Origin: a virus
Taxonomy: Duplodnaviria; Heunggongvirae; Uroviricota; Caudoviricetes
Virus record (IMG/VR): IMGVR_UViG_3300013901_000006
Location: 79,774 to 143,773 of that record
Length of the DNA stretch: 64,000 nt
Reading direction: 5' to 3' (one strand)
The notes under the pieces were generated by a model. The model made no database searches. It saw only the letters and a list, made by a program, of their open reading frames with translations, and was not told the DNA's origin. The position numbers were made by a program, and so were the translations under genes. Positions 29,931 through 40,377 of this stretch are shown here, in pieces. How positions within the stretch are numbered: position 1 is the stretch's first letter; the number at the start of each line of letters is the position of its first letter.

Positions 29931-30818
29931 TCAATAATTCGAGAGTGAGCCATTTGCAATTTCCCTTTCTGTATATTTTGTCATAATATTAACTAAAAAA
30001 TTATCTAAAAAGTCATTCGCGGCAATATTTTCTTTAGGTACACCAAAAGTAAAGCTAGGTTTCTCACTTTCAGCATCTTCAATAATAGCTTTCATGTTAT
30101 GCACATATTCATCACAACGTGCTTTTGCTTCTTCTGGTGTTAAGGAAATCCTATAACGCTTAATATCCATCATTTCATCTCGTACTTTATGAGAGTTAAC
30201 GCGAATAGCTTTACTGAAAGGAACGCCTGAGCAATATTTAAAAATGAAATTATATAATCGAATAATATGCTGCAACTCTTTTGCCACATATCCATGCTTT
30301 TCAATCAATTCATGGTTAGCAGGAGAATCATGGCAGATTTTAGATGCTTTTTCACGAGCCATTCCAAGAGAAGAAGCAAGAACCTTATGCGGGTTAAGGT
30401 TGGCAATTTCATCAACTTTAGAACAAAGAAGGTTCCATTCATTTTTATACACAGGGTTTACATAAACGTAATCTGTGCATAAGATTTCAAGGAAATTAAT
30501 ATTGGCCTTGCGGAAAATGCGAAAATAGTCACGAATATCTTTTAATGTACAATGCTCATTATTGGCTAAAACTTCAACTTTGTTAATAGATTTGCGGTCA
30601 ATGAACAAATCATCAAGTTCTGGGAATACAAGCATTTTTGTATCAACATCAGACGATTCATCAAAAAGACCATAATTCATAGAGCCATTTGCCGCACAGA
30701 CGAACATTTCCACTCCATCATATTTATGAGTCTCTTGGACTTCTTTTACATGAGCTTCAACACGTTTCTGAATGTCCCAATCATCTTTATACATATAATT
30801 CTCCTTTCTTTTAGACAA
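29931..30818 (-). CDS. Nucleotidyltransferase-fold protein (minimal NTase, GS-x10-DxD)
   Basis: CAANGSMNYGLFDESSDVD matches [GS]-x9-13-D-x-[DE] of pol-beta superfamily NTases. 295 aa. Immediately downstream of rsr. Confidence 0.5.
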   Translation of the reverse strand: MSKRKENYMYKDDWDIQKRVEAHVKEVQETHKYDGVEMFVCAANGSMNYGLFDESSDVDTKMLVFPELDDLFIDRKSINKVEVLANNEHCTLKDIRDYFRIFRKANINFLEILCTDYVYVNPVYKNEWNLLCSKVDEIANLNPHKVLASSLGMAREKASKICHDSPANHELIEKHGYVAKELQHIIRLYNFIFKYCSGVPFSKAIRVNSHKVRDEMMDIKRYRISLTPEEAKARCDEYVHNMKAIIEDAESEKPSFTFGVPKENIAANDFLDNFLVNIMTKYTEREIANGSLSNY

Positions 30819-30891
30819 TTATATAATATTATATATATTTTGTCAAATAAAAAAGGGAGTCCGAAGACTCCCCATCAAAAGAAAGAAGAAA

Positions 30892-32328
30892 TTAGATTGT
30901 ATACTTTTCCTCGATATAATCAACCAACTCTCCGCCATCTTCAACGTACTTAAGCATCTTAAATACATTGTCGTTGAGCGCGGTCATTAGATGCACATCA
31001 GGATTGTTCGAATTCACAATCTGAGTATGGTAATTTCCAAGGTCAAAGCTATAGAGAGTCGTGCGGCCATAGTTAGCGCAATACTCGTTATAAGAATACA
31101 TTGCCTTATCATATCCCACAGTAGGCCAAAAATATGAACGCTTATCCATTACCTGCATATCAGATACAACAAAAATGCGGTCATAATTCTTATTGCGAAT
31201 CATACCGAAAGCCGGAGCAATATCAGTACCATATCCGCAATGGTCATTATCACACATTTCACGAATAATCTGGAAAGGACCGGAAGCCTTAGCAAACGTC
31301 TTCGTCTTTGCATCGTTACCGAACTTCACAAAGTCACAGTTCCCATTGATATATAGGGCTGCTGCGTAGCAAGCCCCAACTTCCTTGATGGAAAGAGAAG
31401 ACTTGTCGCCATACATACCATCCATGGAGCCAGAAACGTCAAGCATGATAATAGAAGTTCCATCCAACTCAGGCATATTGCCGCAAGCAATACGGAAAGC
31501 GGTATCAAGAGCTGTAATCACTGCCATATTCTGAACACTGAGATTTCGATAGGCCGTATAAATCTGATAAGGGAACACAAGAGACTTGCGGATAGAGACT
31601 TCATTGATAATCTGGTCAACAAGATTCTTCTTGACCCAAACGTCATCAACGTCACTGTGTAGAATGTTGCTGAGATTGCGGATAAGGGCAAGATAACCAA
31701 GTTTATGTCCCTCTACAAGTTCCTTCCAACTAGTGGTACCAGTAGAAATACCAACTTCCCAAGTCTCAGGGGCAGCAAGAGTACCAGCCTTATACTTATC
31801 AATCGTCTCGCTATGAGCATGAGTAATATTGATAAGGTCATACATATTATACTGCTTACCGTTCATCTTATACTTAGCAATCTGATAATCACCAAGAGAA
31901 GAAAGATAATCAGCACAGCCACGAACCAGCGCATGAGAACGCCTGCCGCCAAGCATATCTACAGCTGCAAAAATCTCAGCTGGATCATCCGCGCGATGCA
32001 TGAAATTCTTATAGAACTCACGCTTCTGCTCAAACTTCTCAAAATTCAGGCGAGCTGCGACAAGCTGAGAAGCCGAACGCATACCAAGCTCATTACGCGC
32101 AAACTTAGCGCACTTGGCCGCAAACACAGGACCATAATGCTCAATGATAGCATCAGTCAGCTTGATAAAACGCTCCTGTTGCACATCTGCGGATTCATAG
32201 AAGGTATTACACATCTTAGACGAGAAAAGGAAATTCATCCACTCCTCGACAGGATTCTTTACATAATTAAGCCCACCCTCAAAAGAACGCTCACGAGAGG
32301 GCTTCACATTTTCATTAAACTTTGCCAT
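30892..32328 (-). CDS. rsr: Ro60/Rsr-like protein (TROVE domain + vWA with MIDAS motif)
   Basis: N-terminal SFEGGLNYV / CNTFYES resembles the Ro/Rsr GSDGGTYY region. MIDAS motif LDVSGSMDG at ~aa 300. 478 aa. Confidence 0.6.
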   Translation of the reverse strand: MAKFNENVKPSRERSFEGGLNYVKNPVEEWMNFLFSSKMCNTFYESADVQQERFIKLTDAIIEHYGPVFAAKCAKFARNELGMRSASQLVAARLNFEKFEQKREFYKNFMHRADDPAEIFAAVDMLGGRRSHALVRGCADYLSSLGDYQIAKYKMNGKQYNMYDLINITHAHSETIDKYKAGTLAAPETWEVGISTGTTSWKELVEGHKLGYLALIRNLSNILHSDVDDVWVKKNLVDQIINEVSIRKSLVFPYQIYTAYRNLSVQNMAVITALDTAFRIACGNMPELDGTSIIMLDVSGSMDGMYGDKSSLSIKEVGACYAAALYINGNCDFVKFGNDAKTKTFAKASGPFQIIREMCDNDHCGYGTDIAPAFGMIRNKNYDRIFVVSDMQVMDKRSYFWPTVGYDKAMYSYNEYCANYGRTTLYSFDLGNYHTQIVNSNNPDVHLMTALNDNVFKMLKYVEDGGELVDYIEEKYTI

Positions 32329-32494
32329 AACTACTTCTCTTTCTCTTGGAAGGAAATATACTTATAGGAATTAAATACTGGTATCTATGATTTGAACAAA
32401 AGCACATTTAAGAAGAAAGGATACCTTTATATTTAATTCCTATAGGCATGTTTCCACACCTAAAATAAAATAAAATGAGGAGATGTTAAAAACA

Positions 32495-32600
32495 GTACAC
32501 AAAAGATACCGACCTACCCGACGCAATGTCTGCGAAGGACGGAGTTGAACCGCCTTTCCGCATTTTCAAGGTGAAGTAACTGTTTTTCTATCACTCATTT
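32495..32600 (-). ncRNA. Y-RNA-like tRNA-like small RNA (copy R) with own promoter and terminator, adjacent to rsr
   Basis: 5' box AUGAGUGAUAGAAAAACAGUUACUUC shared with two other copies. T-arm GGCGG-UUCAACU-CCGUC. Terminal helix AAAAACAGU(U)AC / GU-ACUGUUUUU followed by a U-rich tract. Confidence 0.5.
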
Positions 32601-32605
32601 TGTAA

Positions 32606-32634
32606 TTATATTATACAATATAAATTTTTAAAAG
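32606..32634 (-). promoter_or_regulatory. TTGACT-17-TATAAT promoter positioned to start transcription at the 5' box of copy R
   Basis: Minus strand: TTGACT (32634-32629), 17-nt spacer, TATAAT (32611-32606). Predicted +1 at about 32598. Confidence 0.5.
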
Positions 32635-32883
32635 TCAATAAAAATTTTTAAAAGATTTTTATTTTTCTAATATCTTCATCGTCACCTGTATAATCATACC
32701 AAGTGACACACACTAAAAAGAATTCGTTTTCAGGAGATTCAGCCCATTCACAATAACTACGATATGCAATATAGGCTTCATCTAAATCATCCGTTTCTGT
32801 ACTATCTATAACAGTACCATCAGTAATGCAAGCCTGTACAATAAAATCGTAAGGCTCTTCCATTAGAGCAAGAAAATCACCCA

Positions 32884-33678
32884 TTATCCAAATACCTCGT
32901 CATCATTAAATCCTGAATAGTCGATAATTTTAATGCGGCCATCTTTATCATATCCAAAATTTCCATCATGAAAATCAGAGATATTATATTTATTGATAAA
33001 ATCAATAAGCCGTTTTGCCGCATTGATACCATAGTCTGCAATAAAACTAGATAGTTCAACCGAATGCAGTTCACTATATGTGTTATATTTTTTATTGCTC
33101 TTGGCTACAATCTGATTGGCAATATCATTATATTTTTTAATATTATGCTTAGACTTATTATAAGAATATTTACTCTCAACGCGATTAGACACATAAATTG
33201 GAATAAAGCCAACAGTACATAGAAATTGAGTTTTTGCAAACATAGAACTTATTTTATTTTTCTTTGCGATACGATAAAAATATTCTTCTGCTTCGCAATA
33301 ATTTGATTCATCGATAGGAAGTTCACACTTACCATTTGCATGATGATATAAAACAATTTCATCAGTATTAAAATACTCAGGAACGCAATTAGATTCTGCG
33401 GCATCTTTAAAAGAATCTACATCACATTCATTGATGCTGTAATAGCCTTGAAATGGAATTTTGAAAACATAATTAGGATATTCTTCAAAAAATAAAACTA
33501 ATTTTGATACTCCGTTGATAACTTTATCCGCACCAGTCATACGTTTAAAAGTATCATTATAATCGGAAAAATCCTGCTCATTATAATCTCCAAAATATAC
33601 TGTCATAATAGACATTAAATCATCAGACATAGTATTAAAACGAGAATTAATAAAATTACACAATTCTTTTTTATCCAT
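32884..33678 (-). CDS. Protein-kinase-like fold protein (atypical kinase)
   Basis: C-terminal FHDGNFGYDKDGRIKIIDYSGF resembles the catalytic loop HxDxxxxN plus the DFG-like IDYSG of ePK/APH-type kinases. Confidence 0.35.
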   Translation of the reverse strand: MDKKELCNFINSRFNTMSDDLMSIMTVYFGDYNEQDFSDYNDTFKRMTGADKVINGVSKLVLFFEEYPNYVFKIPFQGYYSINECDVDSFKDAAESNCVPEYFNTDEIVLYHHANGKCELPIDESNYCEAEEYFYRIAKKNKISSMFAKTQFLCTVGFIPIYVSNRVESKYSYNKSKHNIKKYNDIANQIVAKSNKKYNTYSELHSVELSSFIADYGINAAKRLIDFINKYNISDFHDGNFGYDKDGRIKIIDYSGFNDDEVFG

Positions 33679-35194
33679 ATATATCCTTTCGTCAATATAT
33701 ATTATAATAAATTAGAATTATATGTGTCAATTTGTTTTTTCTTGGTCCCAATCGCCTTCCCTTGTATATCTAAGACAGTCCCTATTTTACATCTATTAAA
33801 GATAAAATTATTTACTCTATCAAATTCTTCAAAGTTACATTTATACTGACCAAGAGGAATGAAAGGAAGCACTTCGTCTTTTAGATGTGAGTATTCTGCA
33901 TATAAATCTTCATCCATCTTGCGAGTGCAACCCTGTCCCGAATCTTGCGGCACATAGCTACCCAGAGGGCATAGAAGACAGGTGTCGTTGTCACAATCAC
34001 AGCAATGAAAATCAACGTACACATCTATACCTCTTTCCAATGTGCGGCAAAGCATTTCGGATTATAAGGAATCCAGGCCGCATATTGCGGAGGAAGGAAC
34101 ACTCTTAGTTCTGTTGGTTCAGTATTCATTGCGACACCATTAATAATAACCTGTTGCGCATTAGACTGAATTTGAATGTTATACTGTTTCCCATGCTCTA
34201 ACTTATATGTCATATCAGGATAAAGATTGTGATATTCCCAGTCTTCACCTATATATGTATACATGGTTATGCCTTACGAATTTCAAACTTCGCACCATAG
34301 TAGATTTTACCAGACTGAATCTTATCAAGCATATCCTGCGCAGACTTTTTATCTGGAAAAAGCATTGCTTCATCTGATTTAGTTGTCCGCATACCCTTTG
34401 CAGTTAGCATACGAAACTGCTTATCAACAAAAGGCTCCTGAGTGCGCTTACCATAAATACGATACATTAATACTCCCATTCCTCTAAAACATTTTTAAGG
34501 CGAATTTCCTTAGTAAAATTATTGATTGCTTCTACCTCTTGGTCCTCATAATCGTAAAATACTTCTGCAACGTTACCCAACCATACAAAATGCTGGTAAC
34601 CACCTTCATTCACAAGACCAAACAAATCAAAAGTTTTATACTCTGGACGTTCATCTGTGATAGCATCATTGAGTGTCATTTTGTTCTCCTCTAAAGAAGC
34701 TGATTCGCATCACTATATGTGCGGCCGCCTTTAGGAGTCGGCCATTGACTATATGGTACTACTTTTTCCGATTGGTCGCAAGTACATTTATCTGAAAGGC
34801 CGTTATATTTTTCATAATCACTCTTGGTTGCAAGATGCCACTTACCGTCATTCTTCCAATTATATTCTACTTTGATATGAAGTAGTGAAAAAGCATTTTT
34901 AGAACCGATTAAAACATCCTGAACATGCCTATATAGGTCAAGATATTGTTCACGTTCATCTTCACTTTCGGCAGTGATATGTTTCTCATAATGACGATTT
35001 GCAGTTTCCTGTTCATCGTTCATATACTTTTCAATATCACGTTTCTCATATTGATTTAAATTATCATAATTTTCAGGATATTCATCTTGTTCATTAATGT
35101 TTTTAATACGCATAATTTTCCTTTCTTTTAGTATCATATTATCATATAAAAAAGGAGTTGTCAAGAAAAATTTGACAACTCCAACATTATATAT

Positions 35195-36133
35195 TTAGTT
35201 GTTACTATTGGTCAGAATATATTCACGAATAGCCGCTTGCGCCAAACCTTTAATCTTTGCAAGATTAACACTGGTAACCTTCTTCTTACGATAAAAGTCC
35301 CAGAAATTCTCTTCCATAAGCTCGTTCAAAACTTTTTGCATACACATACCGAAGAATTTACCATTGCGGCAATCAATTTCATCCATATCGAGAGCGATAA
35401 GAACTTTATTAACTTCCTTTTCGACAAAAGCAGGCGTACAAAACTTATCTACAAACTCTTTTTCAGTATCATTTTGGTTGACATTGGTCTTCTTAGTGGT
35501 TTTATTATGATGCCATTCATCGCGTACAATTTTAGCAACTTGTGGATTTCCCCACGGGTCACGAAGAACTGGATAAGTTTTAATAACAATACCTTCACCA
35601 ATAATACCAGAAGGAAGATTAAAAGTACAAGAATCTACATACTTATCAACATCATCCCAAGTCATATTATCAATGCGGGCAATGATAGGAACGCAACGAT
35701 GATAAATTTTACTTACTACTGGATACCATACATCATAATCAATATATTCACCGCTGTCAGTATCAAAAACATCAAAGATAAAGAAACCACCTTCAATATA
35801 CTGTTTAATGCTACCGACAAACTTGCGGCCATCCACTCCGCCAAGCCATTCACCATAAATAATATAGCTAGGATTGTCAAGCAACCAATCCTTTAAAGCA
35901 TTGATTTCAGTGTCATTAGAATTTGTAATATAGTATGCAAATCCAGCATTATCCTTCTCAATAGAAATCTCACGGGTACGAGAGCCACACGCAATTTTGC
36001 CCTCATCATCTACCCAAATGCTGGAATTGCTTCCGTCCATTTTCGGCTGAATTAAAACCGACTTACCAATGAAACCCTGAACTTCATTGCGAGTAGAGCG
36101 TTCAAGATGAATGTACTTGTTGAAATGTGACAT
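35195..36133 (-). CDS. RNA ligase, Rnl2-like nucleotidyltransferase
   Basis: Motif I KMDGSN (Rnl2 K-x-[DH]-G-x-N). Motif IV EGIVIK, then a VAKIVRD motif-V-like segment. Confidence 0.5.
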   Translation of the reverse strand: MSHFNKYIHLERSTRNEVQGFIGKSVLIQPKMDGSNSSIWVDDEGKIACGSRTREISIEKDNAGFAYYITNSNDTEINALKDWLLDNPSYIIYGEWLGGVDGRKFVGSIKQYIEGGFFIFDVFDTDSGEYIDYDVWYPVVSKIYHRCVPIIARIDNMTWDDVDKYVDSCTFNLPSGIIGEGIVIKTYPVLRDPWGNPQVAKIVRDEWHHNKTTKKTNVNQNDTEKEFVDKFCTPAFVEKEVNKVLIALDMDEIDCRNGKFFGMCMQKVLNELMEENFWDFYRKKKVTSVNLAKIKGLAQAAIREYILTNSNN

Positions 36134-36139
36134 GTTTTC

Positions 36140-36690
36140 CTCTTTCTCTCTTTCAACAATTACATTATATCATGCATTTTATAAAATTGCAAGAAAAATT
36201 TTTCTTCTCTTTTCTGTTTTCTTATAGTTATTTTTGCGTAGCAAAAATAACGTAATTCTTTTATCTTTTCTCTTCTTTATAATTTTTGCGTCACTGTAAG
36301 TGACGTAAAAGATAAATTAATTTAAAGATAATTTATTTTATAATTATATAAATAATATTATATTTGTCAATATTATTTCTTATTATATATAAAAATTATA
36401 AAGGATAAATAAACTAATTTAAAATAATTAATTAATTACATTAGTTTTACATTAGTTTTACATTATATACTATATATTATATTAATAATATTCTTATTAT
36501 ATATAATCTTATATAATTAGTCTTAAGGGGTAAACCCCTTAACAACCCAGTTATTAATTATAACGTAATTTTTCATTTTGTCAAGAGTTCTGTAAAAAAT
36601 TTTTTATAATAAAATTTATGCTAAAAATATTGTTGACTAATTTAATTTTATAGTTTATAATGTTCTCAACACGCAAACAAAAGAAAGGAA
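36140..36690. other. AT-rich divergent intergenic region with direct repeats and palindromes (regulatory hub / candidate origin)
   Basis: Tandem ACATTAGTTTT x2. Palindromes CGTCACTGTAAGTGACG and TTAAGGGGTAAACCCCTTAA. Several TTGAC-17-TATAAT promoters. Confidence 0.4.
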
Positions 36691-36693
36691 AAT

Positions 36694-37077
36694 ATGGAAC
36701 AGATTACAGCAGAAGCAGCTCGCCGCATTCGACAGCAGAGTGTAGTAGATAAAAAGAAAAAGGAACTGGAAGAAGCTCAAAATATTCCATTTTTTGAAGA
36801 GCTAACTGAGAAAGTAAAAGACGCGGCGTTCAATGGCGAAAGTAATGTACAGATTGGGCCGCATGAATCAGAATATTACCAAGAGATTATCGATAGTGGC
36901 AAGATTGTTCATAGTAAAGAGAAGCAACTTCCGCTAGACTGGAAAAAAGTTTTCAAGGTTTTTGAAGAGTCTCTTGGATATAAAGTTTCAATTGTGCAAT
37001 ATCCTGCGCAATTTCTTAAGTCCAATGGCCTTGATATGGTTACACTCAATATTGAGACTGCAACTGTATATTGGTAG
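36694..37077 (+). CDS. Hypothetical protein, first gene of the plus-strand early block
   Basis: Preceded by TTGACT-17-TATAAT (36636-36664) and an AAGAAAGGAAAATATG RBS. Confidence 0.4.
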   Translation: MEQITAEAARRIRQQSVVDKKKKELEEAQNIPFFEELTEKVKDAAFNGESNVQIGPHESEYYQEIIDSGKIVHSKEKQLPLDWKKVFKVFEESLGYKVSIVQYPAQFLKSNGLDMVTLNIETATVYW

Positions 37078-37083
37078 TAAAAT

Positions 37084-37605
37084 ATGAAGCACACGTTAAT
37101 TATGATGGCAGGCCCTGCGAGTTCAGGAAAATCTGTATTTGCAAAAATCATTAAAGATTCACATGATGATTGCGTTGTAGTTTCATATAAACAGATGGCA
37201 AAAGCAGCACTGGTCGCAAAAGAACCGCAACATTATGTAGATAAGCGATATATCGAAGTATTAAATAATATGCTTGAAACACATGAATATGTAATTGCTG
37301 ATAATTACAATATCAATGCAAATGAACGCAAAAAAATATTTGACAATATAAATATTGATAAATATAATATTATTTGTGTTTGGGTGGAAACGCCTCTTAA
37401 TGTTGCATTGAAGCGAAATGCACAACTAGATGAAAAGTGGCGAAGGTCGGAAGACTCTATAAAGCAAATGTATAAAATTAAAGTATCGCCGCAAGAACAA
37501 GAGCCTTTTAAAAAAGTAATTTTCATTTCAGAGCAAATGAATTATGCTATTGGAACAGATACAATGGAAATTCAAAATATTTTAGATACTCTTAAGGCTC
37601 TATAG
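37084..37605 (+). CDS. Polynucleotide-kinase-like P-loop kinase (T4 Pnk kinase-domain family), copy 1
   Basis: MMAGPASSGKSVFA Walker A. IADNYNINANERKKIF and VWVETPLNVALKRNAQ align to T4 Pnk ISDTNLNPERRLAW / VFDVPWTELVKRNSKRG. Confidence 0.5.
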   Translation: MKHTLIMMAGPASSGKSVFAKIIKDSHDDCVVVSYKQMAKAALVAKEPQHYVDKRYIEVLNNMLETHEYVIADNYNINANERKKIFDNINIDKYNIICVWVETPLNVALKRNAQLDEKWRRSEDSIKQMYKIKVSPQEQEPFKKVIFISEQMNYAIGTDTMEIQNILDTLKAL

Positions 37606-37657
37606 TACTTTGACAATTGAATATTTTATTTTAATTATTATTTAATAAAAGGAAATA

Positions 37658-38578
37658 ATGTTAAAATTTATTTGTATTTTAATTGCGGCAATGTTTATTG
37701 TTAATTTTCTTTGTAGTTTTACTAAAGAATATCGAGAAAGTAATAATGTTGGCATTAATCGAGCCATTTCAGTTGTAATTGCAGTAATTCTAATTGGTAT
37801 TTCATGTGTATATACACAAGACGTAGGCGAAGTTGTTGTACTTCGCTCTATTGGTGGTAGTCTCTCTGGTTACACAAGTGAAGCTGGTTTCCATTTTACT
37901 GCACCATGGAATGATACAATTTCGTTCGATACCCGTAACAATTTAATTAACTTTCATGGTTCAAAAACAGACTACTCTTATGATGGAGGTTCTGCGGAAG
38001 GCCCATATGTAACTGTAAACGATAAGTCTGGCTCCAAGGCGAATGTAGATATACAAGTCAATTACAGTCTAGACTCAAAGACTGCTGAGTATCTATATAC
38101 TGAATACGGAACGCAAGAGAACTTTACTAAGAACTATGCTTCCAATGACCTTCGCTCTGTAGCGCGTGAGGTGTCTGGTCAGTTTGACACAATCACTATG
38201 TTAACTGACCGCTCTCAATATACGAAAGCAGTCCAAAAAGCTCTAGAAAAGAAGTGGAAGAAAATTGGCCTAACTGTTGAGCAAGTCAGTGTGCAAGACA
38301 TTTCTTATGCTAAATCTATTACAGATGCCTATGCTGATTCTCAGGCAGCAGAAGTAGAAAAGGCTAAGGCTCAGAATCAACAAGAAACTGCCAAGATTAA
38401 GGGAGACACTAAAGTAATTGAAGCTACAAAGGAAGCAGAAGCTAATAAAGTCCTTAATGATTCATTAACTGATAATGTTCTTTCTCAGCAATATATTGAA
38501 GCTCTAAAAGAAATGTCTAAGAATGGCAATACTGTAGTAGTCCCACAAGGTTCAACTCCAGTAGTATCAACTAAATAA
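37658..38578 (+). CDS. SPFH (band-7/HflC-K-like) domain membrane protein
   Basis: N-terminal TM helices. VVVLRSIGGSLSGYTSEAGFHFTAPWNDTISFDTRNN matches the SPFH core. Coiled-coil C-terminus. Confidence 0.5.
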   Translation: MLKFICILIAAMFIVNFLCSFTKEYRESNNVGINRAISVVIAVILIGISCVYTQDVGEVVVLRSIGGSLSGYTSEAGFHFTAPWNDTISFDTRNNLINFHGSKTDYSYDGGSAEGPYVTVNDKSGSKANVDIQVNYSLDSKTAEYLYTEYGTQENFTKNYASNDLRSVAREVSGQFDTITMLTDRSQYTKAVQKALEKKWKKIGLTVEQVSVQDISYAKSITDAYADSQAAEVEKAKAQNQQETAKIKGDTKVIEATKEAEANKVLNDSLTDNVLSQQYIEALKEMSKNGNTVVVPQGSTPVVSTK

Positions 38579-38580
38579 CT

Positions 38581-38630
38581 AATAGCCTCAAAGTTTTTCT
38601 TGACTTTGAGGCTATTTTTTTATATACTTA
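38581..38630 (+). terminator. Intrinsic terminator whose loop carries the -35 of the next promoter
   Basis: TAGCCTCAAAGT-tttttcttgac-TTTGAGGCTA then TTTTTTT. TTGACT-17-TATACT is embedded. Confidence 0.6.
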
Positions 38631-38660
38631 TGCTAACAGAATCCAAGAGGAAGAGAGATT

Positions 38661-39044
38661 ATGGATGCAAATGTAGCAATGGTATGTGTCACGGTTATTT
38701 GCGTCGCGGCAATTATAGCTAAATGCTATATGGAACATTTGGCTGAAACTACTCGACGCATTAGGGCGAACGCACCAGAGCACCAACGCAATATCGATAA
38801 CGTTCCATACAATATGAACAATATCTGGAAGAAGAAGTAATGTTTAATATTATTTTATCATTTGCCGCAGGTTTTATAATTGGATATGCGGTGTGTTGTA
38901 TTCTTACTATTGGAAAGGATAACTAATGGCAGATTGCATTTTTGTTGCATATATCCTTGCTGTAATTGGATATGCATATTTTTCATTTAGCCGCAAATTT
39001 GAAAATATTCGATTCAATTTATATCGAATGTATCTTAATTTTTA
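38661..39044 (+). CDS. Cluster of three very small transmembrane peptide ORFs (59, 28 and 39 aa)
   Basis: MDANVAMVCVTVICVAAIIAKCY..., MFNIILSFAAGFIIGYAVCCILTIG..., MADCIFVAYILAVIGYAYFSF.... Each has a plausible RBS. Confidence 0.35.
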
Positions 39045-39538
39045 GTTGACTATTGACTTTATATAAATTATAATATAAACCAATAGAAAGAGGAATTATG
39101 CGTGATATTAATCGTATATATGATATTGTTGTAAAAATTCAAGACATGTGGGAGCACTATTCAGACCAACGTTTAGGTCAACTTATTGAAAATTATCTTG
39201 TAAAAGATGGAGAAGATTTGTTCTATATAGAAGATGAAGAACTTTCTCAACGTTTAACTGATAAACTCTCATGGATTGATTGGTAAAGATGAATATTACA
39301 GTGAAAGATTTTATTGATTGGCTTCGTATGGATACCGCTAATACCGGAAGTATGATTCGCTTTGAAGCATCAAATATTCCGTGCTTAAAGAGTCCAAGCA
39401 TATATTTTAAAGATATTGATGATAATATGACCATTGAATTAGAAAATGCATATGTACATTATTTTCATGTAGAATATAATGAAGATTATAGAATCTTTAC
39501 TTTTGTAATTTATATTTTGTAATTTATGTGGAGTTTTA

Positions 39539-40108
39539 ATGATTACTCAATATTCTCATGGTATCAATACAGAAGCAAATCCAAGCAACAATGTAATTGA
39601 TATTTATAAAAAGTGGAGCGCGGAAGAAGTGCGGGCTAGCCTTCAACCAAATCGTACTCCACTTGTAAATATTTGTCTCAATCTTGACCATGGATTCAAC
39701 GTTGGTTCTATTATTCGAGCATCAAATTGTTTCCTTGCCAAGGAGACTTACGTGGTTGGCCGCAAACGCTTTGACGCTCGTGGAGGTGTTGGATCCAAAA
39801 AATACGAACGCGTATATCATGCAGATACATTAGATGAAGTCCTTGAAGTTCTGCACCCTCTTGGATATACCATTTTTGCCGTAGATAATGTAGAAGAATA
39901 TAATCCGCAGAATATTTTTGATGTTGATATTCCAATGAAGTCTGCTTTCGTATATGGAAGTGAGGGTAATGGTTTGCCAAAAGATGCTATTGACAAATGC
40001 GATGAAATGGTATATATTAGGCAATATGGAAGTATTCGCTCACTAAATGTGGCACAAGCTGCCGCATGTTGTATGATGGAATATTCTAGACGTTATCAAA
40101 TGAGGTAG
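39539..40108 (+). CDS. SpoU/TrmH-family RNA 2'-O-methyltransferase (SPOUT)
   Basis: NICLNLDHGFNVGSIIRASNCF, YGSEGNGLPKDAI, and IRQYGSIRSLNVAQAAACCMMEY match SPOUT motifs I-III. Confidence 0.65.
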   Translation: MITQYSHGINTEANPSNNVIDIYKKWSAEEVRASLQPNRTPLVNICLNLDHGFNVGSIIRASNCFLAKETYVVGRKRFDARGGVGSKKYERVYHADTLDEVLEVLHPLGYTIFAVDNVEEYNPQNIFDVDIPMKSAFVYGSEGNGLPKDAIDKCDEMVYIRQYGSIRSLNVAQAAACCMMEYSRRYQMR

Positions 40109-40377
40109 CTATGAAATGGGAAGATTTATCACCAGAAGCAAGACTATATATTAAATTACAGCCGCATGTTTTTGCTAAGACTACGATTGCATCATTAATT
40201 GCTCTAATGGATAAATCAGTTTCTCTCCAAGAGAAAGCAAATTATATCGACCGTGCGGCAGATATTTTAAAGCTATGCGCAGTTTCAATCAAAAGCCATC
40301 CAGAGTTTGAAATTGTTATTGACAATACTCATAGTACGTAGTATTATATAAAATAAAGATAAGAAAGGATGTTTTAG

